Part shown: positions 49,869-62,800 of the stretch, in pieces
Numbering within the stretch: the first letter of the stretch is position 1
Layout of the letters: the number at the start of each line of letters is the position of its first letter
Assembly: GCA_043228905.1 (NCBI GenBank)
Contig: JBHGNT010000008.1
Location: 8,928,001 to 8,992,000 of the forward strand
Source of the DNA: Azolla caroliniana
Taxonomy: Eukaryota; Plantae; Polypodiophyta
DNA: 64,000 bases
Direction: 5' to 3'
Notes under the pieces: generated by a model
What the model was told of the DNA's origin: nothing
Databases searched by the model: none
Seen by the model: the letters and a program-made list of their open reading frames with translations, nothing else
Made by a program: the position numbers and the translations under genes

Positions 49869-52800
49869 ATGGCTCTCCTTCCATTCTCTCCTCACATCAT
49901 CTCTCCCCGCATCTCTTCTCCTTCTCACATTCGCTTGCAGAAACCTCCCCTCATTCTTAGAGCTTTTTGCTATTCTTCCCCTTCTTCTTCTTCTTCTTCT
50001 TCTTCTTCTTCTTCCTCCTCCTCCTCCTCTTCATCTCTCTCCACATCCATTATCGGTCTTTGCATCCGTAAAGACTCTGCCAATACGAGAGCTCCCGACG
50101 AACTTAGAGCTCCTCCCGAAATCAGGGCTGTCTCAGTGCAGAAACCTCCCCTCATTCTTAGAGCTTTTTGCTATTCTTCCCCTTCTTCTTCTTCTTCTTC
50201 TTCTTCTTCTTCTTCCTCCTCCTCCTCCTCTTCATCTCTCTCCACATCCATTATCGGTCTTTGCATCCGTAAAGACTCTGCCAATACGAGAGCTCCCGAC
50301 GAACTTAGAGCTCCTCCCGAAATCAGGGCTGTCTCAGAAATTAGGGCTTCAGAGGCCTATCCAGAAGTTAGGTTTCTTACCACCGCTGAATGCCCAATTC
50401 CTGATGATAAGTTGGAAACCGGAATTAGGGACTTAGAGGAAATCTCGGAAATTAGGGTTCCGGAGGCCTTTCCAGAAACTATGTATGAAGAGAGAGTTAC
50501 AGAAATTAGAGCTTCAGACGGCACTTTAGAAACTAGGTTTGAGGAGACAGCTCCTGAAATTAGGGTTTCAGAGACCTTTTCAGGCACAAGGTATCTGACC
50601 TCTGCAGCAGAATCTCCTCTTCCTCATTCTGGTGAAATATCTTTTACTAATCGGAACGTGGGGATGGATTCAAACTTAGGTTTTCAGATGGCGTTGGAAA
50701 CCTTTATATCAGCATCATCATCATCATCTGCATCTCCATCTCCATCTGAGTCTTCATCTTCCTCTTTTCCAATCCCTCCGGCAGTGTTACAGTCTCGGGA
50801 TAGTCGAAGCAAAGTTGTGAGGAGAGCATGGGAGGCCCTTGTTCGATGGTCGAGATCATGGCAACTTCTTAATGCTAAAAAGACGACGAATGTGTTGCAA
50901 ACAACCAAGAAGGTAAGCTTGCTTAATCTCTCCCAGATTAGTGTTTTATATTTATTATAATCAATTGCCTAATCATGTGATCAGTATCCTGTAACCAATG
51001 ACTCATGTACTTAAGATGATTAAGAATAGAGAATGTTCACATTCTTAAGCTTCTTATTATGTGATTATTATGATCAGTAAAGAAAATAACATGTTTAAAG
51101 CTAGAATGAGGTTCAATGTCAGTTTACGCAATCTCCTTACTATGAGATTAGCATCAATTTTGGAATGATTAAAGTGAAACTTGTTTAAGGTTAGAGTAAA
51201 CATCCTTAAACTCCAAATCATGTGGTTGGCACCAATGAAACAAAGCTTAAAAGTAATCCAATCAATATTCTTGCATTTCAGTAGACCCAAAAGTGTGTTT
51301 ATCCAGTCTGAAGTCTGGCATGCAGAAGACCCATTTATGTTAGGCTACAGAAGAAACATAACATTTCTACTTCCTGTCCCACCATTTCATGCCTAAGAGG
51401 TACCTTGGGTAGAAAAACCTTAAGGGTTGAAAACAGTGACTCAATTTATTTTGATTGATCATTCATCTTTCTCTCAAAAAATGGCTAGGTAATGGTTAGT
51501 AGTTTTCCATTGATCTATGTAAATCCAGCCTACAATTCTCATGCTCAATCAATCCCTTGGGATGAGGCAAATTCTCGTACTAGGAGACTTCTGTGCAGGT
51601 GCACCCAATATCCATATGTCTCCTGCATCACAAGCAGAGGCATCAATTTGTGGTTCCTGGAGTGAGTGGAGAGAAGAAGAGGTGTGTACAAGCACAGCCA
51701 ATCCTTCTGTCGCTCTAAACCTTTAGAACATTTCCATATCCAACCATAGCTTTCTGGCAGCAAATAGCCATAATATCCTTGAAATGTAGCACTTATAAAT
51801 TATCATTTTGTTATGAAAATATGTAGCTGGGATGTTACTTAGAAAAATTATTTGAAAATGCAGCTATCACCATTATATAGTAAGACTCATTCCATATATG
51901 CATTCTGATACATTATATATATCTGGTTCAAAATGATTCCTGGCACGTAAAGAACCATCTCTCTAATTTTATATCTTGTTGAGAATCAAGCTCAACCTAA
52001 TCTAGTGTCTCATTTCCTATCTATCTTGTGTCTCATCTCTCCTCCTTGTATTCCCCATGACACATGAGCTTCTATAGTTACTAGAGAGAGAGTGGGCGTT
52101 TTAATGTAGAGCGAGGGTGACTTTATATAAAGCACCCTCCTTCCTTTGTATCTGTTGGTTGTTTTCTATTGTATTTCTTACTCCTTGTTAATATACATTT
52201 GAGTTCTTTATTTCCTATCTATCTTGTGTCTCTTCTCTCCTCCTTCACACACACATCTCTAATCTATTCCACATAACATAATTACTCTAGCTAATTATTT
52301 ACATATCTGAATGAGAATGCTTGGTGTACATTTCCATGGTTATATGAGGGTACAGGGGACTTGCGCATTCTTTGGCAAGAAAATCCAAGACAAAGGACTT
52401 AACTAGATATATCTTTCTTGTCCAGATATAAATCTGATCATTTTTTCAATGGCTTGTGGTATGTGCTAAGGCATGTCTCTCGTAGTAACTCTCCCAATAT
52501 CATGTTACGATGTACTTTTAGTTAGTTCATAATTGTTTGACATACACTTCATGACAGGTGGTGGTAATTGGTGGAGGATCTTTTGGAACAGCCATGGCAG
52601 TGTTGTTGGCAAGAAATAAAACTGAAATGCAAGTCAGCTTGCTTCTTAGGGATGTCTCATTATCTGAGTCAATAAATAAAGATCATGTGAACAGGTTGGA
52701 ATCAGTTATATATTTTCATGTATAGGCATTATTTAAGATTTTGATTTTTTAAATCTTTGATCGACTTTCTTCATTTTGTACTTTTAGAAAATATTTCCCA

Positions 52801-55800
52801 AAACATAAATTACCACATAATATTGTAGCAACGACAAATGCACAAGAGGCGTTCAAAGATTCTGAATTCTGTATCCATGCTGTTCCAGTGCAGGTAATTC
52901 ATACTTGACATCAAGATACAAGTGAAAAATCATATTCTTTTGAAAAACCATAGTTTCAAATAAACATGATAATGTCGAACACATTATGTCGAAACTGATC
53001 TTTATGAGATCCGCCCCTTTGTTCCACTCATTCCCATCAAAATTGATTATAGTGTTCTCTGTTCTGATGCATTTCTCCGTCCTGGTTCCCTATACTGTTT
53101 CCCTGTGATTATGCTATGAATTAGGTATCATTTTCTATTATAAAATGATGTATTTTACTATAGTTTAAGGAAAATGCATACCTGGCATATGACAATAGAT
53201 TGCATAAATACTGGTTACAGCTCTGTCTGAGGGCACAGTTTAAATTACCCTTAAAACCCACCATTGAAAGTGACCCTAAATTTTCACCAGTGGTTGTACT
53301 AAAGCTAGGAAAATGGATGCATTAAAGTTTTGAATGTGGAAGTTACACTGCAGCATTGTTTTCTTGAATAGTAAGAATCACCAATAGATAATTTTAGTGC
53401 TTGTGAAATATTCATAAGTCTGAGTATATTGTATATTCTGTTTAGATTTTCAAGTCACTTGATTATGTTAAGAGTTCATGCATCTCATTGCTTTTCTTTG
53501 TTAGTTGCTTCATTTTTAGTTTCTTGCATAAAAATTTAATCAATAATGATTTTCAAGATTTGTGAAATTTGATTCCTTGTTTATGCACAGTACAGTGCAG
53601 ATTTTTTGAAAAGCATATCAGAGCATGTACCGGTGAATTTGCCCTTCTTTTCCGTCAGCAAGGGTTTGGAGTTGTCATCTTTAGAAATGATGTCACAGGT
53701 GATACCGCGGGCTCTAGGAAATCAGCGACAACCTATTGCAGTAATATCAGGGCCCTCCTTCTCAATTGAACTTATGGATGAACTTCCTACAGGTGGGTTC
53801 CACATTTTGCATGATTGTGCTTTCTTTTATAATGTTAGTTTATTCTGCTTTCTAAGTAATTGTTAACAACTTATGGGGTAGGACATCCTATGCAGTATGA
53901 TTAAAGAGCGTGCCATACCAAACATGCTCTGTAGACCACTAATCTCTCTACTATTAAGCACTTTAATGTACTGATGTATTTTTTGCCTATAATTATAATT
54001 GCAGCAATGGTGGTGGCATCAAAAGACAAAGAACTTGCAAGATCTGCCCAACAGCTTTTGGCTTCTCGGTATTTGAGGATCAATACATCCAGGTAACAAC
54101 AGTTTTTGCGTTTGAGAAATGAATTAATATAATCTGTGCTTTCACAACTAATAGTTATGATATCAATAGAAATGTGTATATTTCTAGAATCCAAATATAA
54201 GTGCTGGGAATGATTTAAAGATTTCCAACTCAAGCTATGTTTGAAATAATTTTACCAATCCCATTTCTAAGCATCGGGATTCTCTTAGATGATGTAATCT
54301 GGGGTTAAAGGTTATTGTAGTGTTTTAGGAGGAAGAGGATTTATCTCACATGATTTTACTCAACATGGCATCACTGCCTGGCAGCGATGTTATTGGTGTG
54401 GAAATTGCAGGAGCATTGAAGAATGTGCTTGCAATTGCTGCAGGGATTGTGGAGGGGATGAACCTGGGAAATAATTGCATGGCTGCATTGGTTGCTCAAG
54501 GTTGCTCTGAGATCCGCTGGCTGGCTGAGAAAGTATGGCATCTCTACCTTTGAATATATAATTGTCTCTTAAGAAGTGTGGGATGTACCTTTGTTGTTGC
54601 TGTTATGAAATGAATGTGGAATTTGTGTCTTTGTTTACATTATCTTATAATTGATTGAAACCGCTCTGTAACAGCTTAGATTTATTTGCATAAATTTTCA
54701 AGTTCTCTTTGGTGTGAGATGGGGATCCTCTAGACTGGATAAATGTTGTGATACAAAGGATAACTCTCCATATCCATCCTGTTTGAACTTCATAATGAAG
54801 CTTAGTACACTGTTTTTGTCATCTGTGTCTATGAGAGAATGGTCAGCCCCAATTGTATTTTTTATTTAGCTGTTCCCTAGGGAAGATCTTTTTTGTAATA
54901 CATTATTTAGAATTTGTGAACCCTAGGAAATATGACCTGCATCCTAGTAGCTTTGTTCTGCCTTATCGATTAGATCGTTAATGATATTTGTATTACAACA
55001 CATCCTTGACACATGGCATCCATAAAAGAAGTGTCACGTCACAACTCATCCTCGAAAAATCCATATAATGATGAGCATATCCAGTGTATTTTCTGTTGGA
55101 GGCTGCATATCACATTCTGAATTTTGTTTTCTTTCTTAAATAAATCGGTTGTTTTTATTTGTTAATTCGATTTGGTAATTAATGTTTTCTTCTTGGACTG
55201 ATAAATTTATTGGATTTTTCTCCAAAGATGGGTGCAAAATCGACAACTATGGCAGGGCTATCTGGGACAGGAGATATAATGCTCACTTGTTTTGTGAATC
55301 TTTCGAGAAACCGAACAGTTGGAGTAAGACTAGGAGCTGGAGAATCACTTAGTGACATATTAAGCTCAATGAATCAAGTGAGTTGTTGGTATTCATACTC
55401 AAACTTTCATGAAGAAAAACCCTTTTTTTCACATTATTTCGTTTGGGAAAACGCCAAAATACCCTTGTTATGGGTATTTCCCAGAATACATCAAAGGTTT
55501 CAAAATTTACAGCATGTCCTTGTGAAGTACAAAAAACTACTATTTCATTGGAGTATTCTGGTAAACACTTGATAAGTTAAGGGTGTTCTGAAGTTTTTAC
55601 CTATTTGATATGGTCAACAATCCCGTACATACTGAACATAACCAAATAAAGCGATACTCAGGCCTTTATGAACAAAAATAATCTTTCTTGCTATTTTTGT
55701 ATTGCCACTTATAAGTTTCTATGCTTTTGTTATAGGTTGCAGAAGGCGTTGCAACTGCAGGAGCAGTCATTGCTCTTGCACGCAAATATCGTGTGCAGAT

Positions 55801-56503
55801 GCCCGTTCTAACAGCCGTAGCTCGTATTCTCGAGAATGAACTTACACCAAAGAAGGCTGTTCTGGAGTTAATGAGTCTTCCTCAGGTCTGCACCTAAAGT
55901 TTTCCATTATGCTAATTAATATATAGAAATTTCATGAGTTGGATGTCTATGTGAAGATGAACCACACATTTGGGACAATGGGTTCATGTAAGAAAAGCTG
56001 GGAAGCGAAGTGCCGCATGTTTTTATAAAATAGAGGGCTACAAATTCATATTCGTAAGGGAATATGTTCTCTAACCCTCACATTCTTGTCATTGTAACGG
56101 TCTACCTTAGTAACAACACATGGTCGTGAGTTCCGACCCTTACTTCACACATCTTTGTTTCACCAGATATTTTATCTCCTAAATTATGTGCCACATTGGC
56201 TGAATCGAACTAATGACTTCAGTCTCCAAGTAGTTGACATAAACATGTAAACTATGGCCTGACTACCACACTGCTCACATCTTACCCCAATTTCCAAAAA
56301 GTTAACGCAACCATCTCAACTAGGGCCTGATTGCCACACTACTCACTTCCTCTTACACGTCTTTAATCTCCTCAATCGAGTATGATCTGATGTCTTTACT
56401 CTAGTTTTCTGATGTGACTATGATCATCCATTGTCGTAATAGTTCAACATTACTAGCAAGTAGGAGTTGACAACTATTTTGCTTGCAGGTGGAAGAAGTA
56501 TAA
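49869..56503 (+). CDS. GLY1: Plastid NAD-dependent glycerol-3-phosphate dehydrogenase (GLY1/SFD1-like); exons 49869-50912, 52558-52694, 52788-52893, 53591-53792, 54005-54092, 54385-54532, 55228-55377, 55736-55885, 56489-56503 (679 aa)
   Basis: All introns are GT-AG with consistent phases (2040 nt CDS). Rossmann [14 protein letters not shown]; HAVPVQ; SKGLE; SGPSF; [12 protein letters not shown]; [12 protein letters not shown]; VAEGV; C-terminus LPQVEEV*. Ser-rich N-terminus resembles a transit peptide. Confidence 0.93.
49936..50337 (+). repeat. Perfect 201-bp in-frame tandem duplication in GPDH exon 1
   Basis: Units 49936-50136 and 50137-50337 appear identical, including the poly-Ser (TCT/TCC)n tract. 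Confidence 0.92.
51977..52303 (+). mobile_element. Copia-type solo LTR in GPDH intron 1 (TSD TATCT)
   Basis: TGTTGAGAATCAAGCTCAAC...TTTACA, flanked by TATCT at 51972-76 and 52304-08. Confidence 0.85.
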
Positions 56504-59500
56504 GATAACAAAGAAATGCAAGCTGTGGTTTCTATTATATTGCAATGGTAATGTCAATACATACAGCCCCTCGATTTCTATGGCGTCAGCAGACAATCAC
56601 TCAACATAGCGATGTCGTTCATATTTGTGTAAAGCGGTTCGTATACCTCGTATGAGTAAATGCTGATATGTCATCCTATTATCTTCAACCATATTGGAAA
56701 GGCTACAATACCATGTTTTTGGTTATTTACTAAAACTACAACTTACACTTCATCGGAGGATCAGCATACAGATTTGTGGCAAAGAACAGAATTTTGTGAT
56801 AGTATGTAAAAGAAAATAATGGAATAGCATGTCCATCAATGTAAAAGAGAGCTCAGGTATATTATAATGTACCTGGAGAGCCCTGCATCTTTTGTTCTTA
56901 TATTCTATGGTATGACCATTAGAGAGACTTCTAAGCTAAATCAAAGAGGCTCTGGGTTAAGGACTGAATCGTATCAGCTAAATGTGTAAATAGGTTCAAT
57001 CATGGCACACTTCATTAAAACATGAGAATTATGATACCGAGGTGGAATCAGACTAGGCATATGATGATGTAAACTGATCATTTCTCAATGAAAACTCATG
57101 TCTGAAGTTTTAAATGAGATATCCATGCATACCTTTCAAGATACACAAGCATAATTGTACCAAACATGGTAAATATGCTGGCGTGATCACTTAAAACTTC
57201 AGGCTATCACATGACCAGAAACTTTGAGAAATGACCAGTTTGAGCTTTGCTTCACCCACTTTCACATGTATTATGTGAAAATGTTATATTTTGGTTTCAT
57301 TGGTCATATTTGACTTCTTAAGGCAATAATAAAATCTATCATATAACCACCTAATAATATGTAGATGATACAAAGTTGTTGATGAAAATGCCTAGTGCGT
57401 CATTTGGAGGCAAGGTTACTCTTGTTTCATAGTCCACTCAATTGCTTGATGTGTACGTTGAAGCTGTTTATATCATAGTCTCTTCCTTTCTAGGAAGAAC
57501 CATTTATTCAATTATCGATATTGTATTTTCTATTCTATTTGTTGATATTATTTGCATTGCTCTTGCCCCCTTTCTTGATCTATGTCGTATAGTAGGCATT
57601 TTAAGTAATAAGGGATAGGTGTAAAAGAGCATATTTATGAGTATATATCACTAGGATTTATTATTAGAGCTCAAATCAATGCTGGATTACCCTAGAGGAT
57701 AACAAGTGGTGACCTACATGTAACATGATGTATCATGTTTGTTGTTTGAAAGCACTTCACCTCAAGGCAAGAATTTGACGGGTGTCATGCCCATAAAAAA
57801 CACACATAATAAAAATGCTTGTCAAGTGACAAAGTTTAAATTTCCAATTTTCATGTGAAAGGCCCCTACAAATTATGCATGTCAAATGACATGCTAAAAT
57901 TTTATTTTCCATGTCATATATATATATTCTATATACATATATGCCACTTATTATAGATGCTATGAATGAAGTGTGTATAATAATATACTTATATTATATG
58001 TTTTTTTTTCCAAAAAATTATATGTTTTTTATAACACGCTTAAAATAATATCATTATCATGTAATAATAATATACATATATTCTCAAATATTTATTCTTT
58101 ACTAATAATATTAGTTGAAATTTGATTGAAATTTTAAACAATAACCTTTATTAAATACTTTAAGAGTGTAAACTCTAGGTTTGATTTTAATGTTTTAAGT
58201 TTTAAGTTAAAAATAAATTTTTTACTTACCTAAAATTTTAAGTTAAAACAAATTTTTTTACCAACCTGTTTTTTCATACTTATTAGTAAAAACATTAACA
58301 TGATATTTATTTGATGTATTTCATTATCTTTGTGAGGTAATTATGTTTATTTGTGCATCTTTGTGTACTTTCTATAGTAATGAAATGTATAACAATGAAG
58401 CATTATATAGAGCTTTTCATTATTAAAATTCGTATGTCAAATGACATGTTAGTTTTTGCACTCTCATGTCATATGACATACATACATATGATAGCCAAAA
58501 TGGGGGGGCAAATAGCGCTTTCCTTATTTTTTTGCCTTAATTATTGTCGATTAATATGGGAATGTGCAAATACAAAAACTCCCTAAACATATAGGGGCAT
58601 ACCAATTCAATAAATGAACTTCAATATGACAACTTGTGGTTACTAGTAATGATGTTAACAGTAGATATTACTTCATTAGCATGGTGGAATCATTGAATCA
58701 TTAAGTTTACATTAAATTTGTTATTAAAATGAAAAGTGGTTTATAATGAGAATGGGAAGAAAATAAAGATCAGAATTAGTAGATGTATGAAGCACATTAA
58801 TGTGAAAGTCTCCTTTAAATTATATCAAAATTGACCAACCCCTCATCTCTCTATTCTTTCTCGAGTTTGAAGATTGTTTTTTTCATCCCATTGCTCTAGT
58901 CTATTCTCCTCCACCCACAATCCATAATTTGTAGTACAAAGAAAGAAGTAGAAAAACTTTACCTAGGAAAATTTGTAGTACAATATGATTGATAAAGGAG
59001 AGAATTTAGAGACACCTTGGCTGAAGACCGAAGATAGGGTTTCGATGAAAACTCCACCTAACATGGATGTCAAGTTGAGATTGAGGCTGTCAAGATAGGG
59101 TTTTAGTGAAAACTAGCACCATAGTGCTTGACGAGGGCCAAATGGTTAGCACACCCATACCGATTGTTCCTCCGGATCTAAACATGGCATCCAACATGAA
59201 AGAGGGCACTAATAGGGAAACGACGGGTGTTCCTTTGGATGTGAACATGACATCCAACTCGAAGGAGGATACCAACATGAAGATTTAAGGAATGGTGGTC
59301 AACTCTAACGTGAGAGAATTCCATGAAATAGGACAAAGCAAAATAAACGAAACATGGGCATCTAAAGCTCTAAAGCCCTAAAAGGGAGCATGTACTTAAA
59401 GGGGCTACAACGAGTAGTCAAGGTTGATAAAGAGATGGGATGGGGCCTAACAAAGGCAAGAGTGGATCGACAAAAAAGAGAGGACCAAAGTGCCTTAGTT

Positions 59501-59732
59501 AGGGGATGATAGAAACAAAGTTGGCACATACTTTGAGAACGAAGGGTTATATCTAGGAGAAGCAAATGATGCAGTGACAATGGTTTGAGGTAGTGAGAGA
59601 TGCAAACCAAAGATATATGGGTCACTGGATAGTAGCCTTAGTTTTGGTGGGATGAATGGACGTGGTCAAGATGGAAGAACAAAGACAACATGTAGGAAAT
59701 GAAGAAATCAAAGGCTGTCTACCTTTGTCACT

Positions 59733-59836
59733 ACCAATCATTCTCTTTTCTGGCACATGTTGTAGGATGTGCAATTTGGTGGAGGTGGCACATGTTGCAC
59801 ATCCTACAACATGTGCCAGAAAAGAGAATGATTGGT
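59733..59836. repeat. Perfect 42-bp inverted repeat with a 20-bp spacer, abutting the LTR end of element I
   Basis: 59733-59774 is the exact reverse complement of 59795-59836. Confidence 0.92.
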
Positions 59837-62800
59837 CAGGAATAGTACTAAGACAGAGAAGGAATTAGTACTAAAAGAAGTATTAGTACTAAGAGAGGTG
59901 AAGAACTCTCTCGAGAAGGAAAGAGTGAGTGAGAGGGAGGGAGAGAGAGATCGAGAGAGAGAGAGAGAGAGTGATGATAAGAAAAGATATATATTATGTG
60001 AAGAAAATGTACAGTAGCTAGGAGGCTTAAGACTGGCGTTGAACCGATTTGGTTCGAAATAATGCCTTGTGCCTCCTTTTATAGTGTTCTAAGGAATACT
60101 CCTGAAGTTTCTAGAATGTTCCAGAGAAATCTGGAATATACATCAATTTTCTATAATAAAACATAAATGAAAATAATATTCTATGTATTACAATGTATAG
60201 TCTAATGGTCAAGAGCTCGACCCATGTAGTATAAGGTCATGGGTTCGAGTCTTGCCATATCATGGCACTATCCCCCCTTTAAAACGACGAATGTAACAAG
60301 TCGTTTTGGATTGAGGACCCGGTTTGTCTGGATATTGACGATGGAAGTCTTCAAGAAGAGCACGAGCATTGGTGACATTCTCTATCGGTTCCCAAGTACG
60401 CTCGCTGGGACTATATCCTAGCTAATCGACTAGATAGTAGAGCTTATTGCAAACAAGCTTGGAATCAAGGATGGCGGCAACCTCGTACTCAGGTTCATCT
60501 TCAAGCTCGATCGGGGGTGGAGGCTGTGTAATACGTCCTGGGATGGTGCTTTCTTGATAGGGTTCGAGTAGAGAACTATGAAACACCGGATGTATCCGAA
60601 GTTGTGGAGGTAGATCAAGACGAAAAGCGACATCATTAATCTTTCCGATAATACGGAAAGGACCTAATCGCCGATAATCCAACTTCTCGCATGGGCGAGT
60701 AGTCTTGATGTGTCGTCGGAGTAGCCATACCCGATCTCCAATGTTAAAACTAGATGGGAGTCGATGACGATCCGCATAAACCTTGTGTGTTTGTTGAGCT
60801 TGTTGGAGATGAGTAGATAAATCCGCTTTTATCTTGCGTAACCTCTCCAAACGATCCTCTGCGCAAGGATTTGTGGACACCTCTGGGGTTTCAAGTACAC
60901 ACCATCGGGGGTGACATCCCGTATAAGCATAAAATGGCGTAACTTTCGTGGATGCGTGGATAGAGTTGTTATAGGCAAATTCGGCGAAGTGGAGAATATC
61001 TGCCCAGTCATCCTGATGATAGCTGAGAAAGCACCGCAGATACTGCTCCAACGTTTGATTGGTTCGTTCGGCTTGGCCGTCGGTTTGTGGGTGGTAGCCG
61101 GAGGAGAGGTTACAAGTGACCTTGAGCAGGTTAAAAAGGTGCTTCCAGAATTTTGACATGAACTGGGGTCCACGGCCGCTGATGATACTATCGGGAAGTC
61201 CATGATGCCGACATACTTCACGCATGACAATTTCAGCAGTGTCTTCACTGGAGATCTCCCTAGTACATGGCAAGAAATGAGCCATCTTCGTATATCGATC
61301 GACCACCGTTAGAATCGCATTGAACCCCTTAGAGACTGGAAGATCTGTGATGAAGTCTAGAGCAATGGATTGCCACGACTTGCTTGGAATTGGTAATGGT
61401 TCTAATAAACCATATGGATGATGCCTTGGCATTTTCGCTCTACAGCATGTATCACAAGTCCGAACAAAATCCTCGACAAATTGTCACATACAGGGCCACC
61501 AGAATGATCGTTGTACTAAATGTAGTGTTTTAGTACTACCAAAATGCCCAGCTGTATATGTGTCATGACAGTTTTGTACTACTTGAAGGCGGCAAGAACC
61601 ATTAGGAACATACAAAAGTTCTTTAAAGAAGAGTAATCCATCATGGTATTTGAATTGCCGATAGTCCGTACCTGGTGGTTGCGACTGTGAACACGACGCT
61701 CGAGAGGGATCAATTTGTGCTAGTATAGCTTGGGCGAACGCATCTGTCTTCAAGTCTTCGCGTATGGTATCGATAACGCGGGAATCCATGGGCATGTCAA
61801 AGATCTTTGTTGCTTGTAGTCGTGCCGGTCCCAAGATGACTTGTTTTTTGTTATCGAAAGCTGGCTCGCCGGGACGGGGTGCTAGGTACGAACGCCGTGA
61901 TAATGCATCGGCCTTCCCTTGGTGCTTCCCCGGACGATATGTAATTTTGAAGTCAAAACGCGTGAGGAAGTGGGCCCACCGAGCTTGACGTCGATTCAAC
62001 ACACGAGCATCCTGAAAGTAGGCAAGGTTCTTGTGGTCACTAAATACGGTGACCGGATGAGAGGATCCCTCCAGAAAATGCCTCCATTGCATAAAAGAAT
62101 CTACTATTACAATAGCTCCTTATCATGAATTTCGTAGTTGATTTCGGCGGCGTCAAACTTGCGTGAGTGAAAAGCCACAGGATGTAGCTTCTCATCATTC
62201 CCTTGTTGTGATAGAATGCTCCCCAATGCAAAATCCGATGCGTCAGCTTCGATAATAAATGGTTTTTCCGGATCGACATGAGCTAGAATTGGAGCCGATG
62301 TAAATGCCTAAGACTCTCGAAAGCCACGTCCATTTCTTCAGACCACATGAACGGTTGTCCCTTCCTGGTAGGTTGTGTGAGAGGTAGAACGATCTTTGAG
62401 TAATCTTGTATGAACTTCCGGTAAAAATTGGCAAAGCCTAGGAAGCATTGCACATCCCGCACCGAACGTGGAGTCTGCCATTCTACCACCATTTTGACCT
62501 TAGCTGGGTCCATGGAGATGCCTTCTGATGAAATGATGTAGCCGAGAAATTCCACTTGGTTGCACCCGAAACTACATTTTTCCAGCTTTGCATACAGACC
62601 ATGTTCTCGAAGTCGTTTTAGTACTAATAGTACATGAGAATCATGTTCTTCTTGGGTCTTTCAATAAACCAGTAGATCATCCAAATAGATGATCAAACAA
62701 TCATCCAATAGATCTCGGAATATATCATTAGCCATGTGCTGGAAGACTGCCGGTGCATTAGTGAGGCCGAACGGCATGACTGTATACTCGAAGTGCCCAT

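Noticed and set aside
57770-58530. Repeated ATGTCAAATGACATG palindromes in an AT-rich region
   Set aside because: Possibly a decayed DNA transposon, but boundaries and TSD are not supportable.
58960-59720. Purine-rich stretch with short ORFs
   Set aside because: No motif or splice structure supporting a gene.
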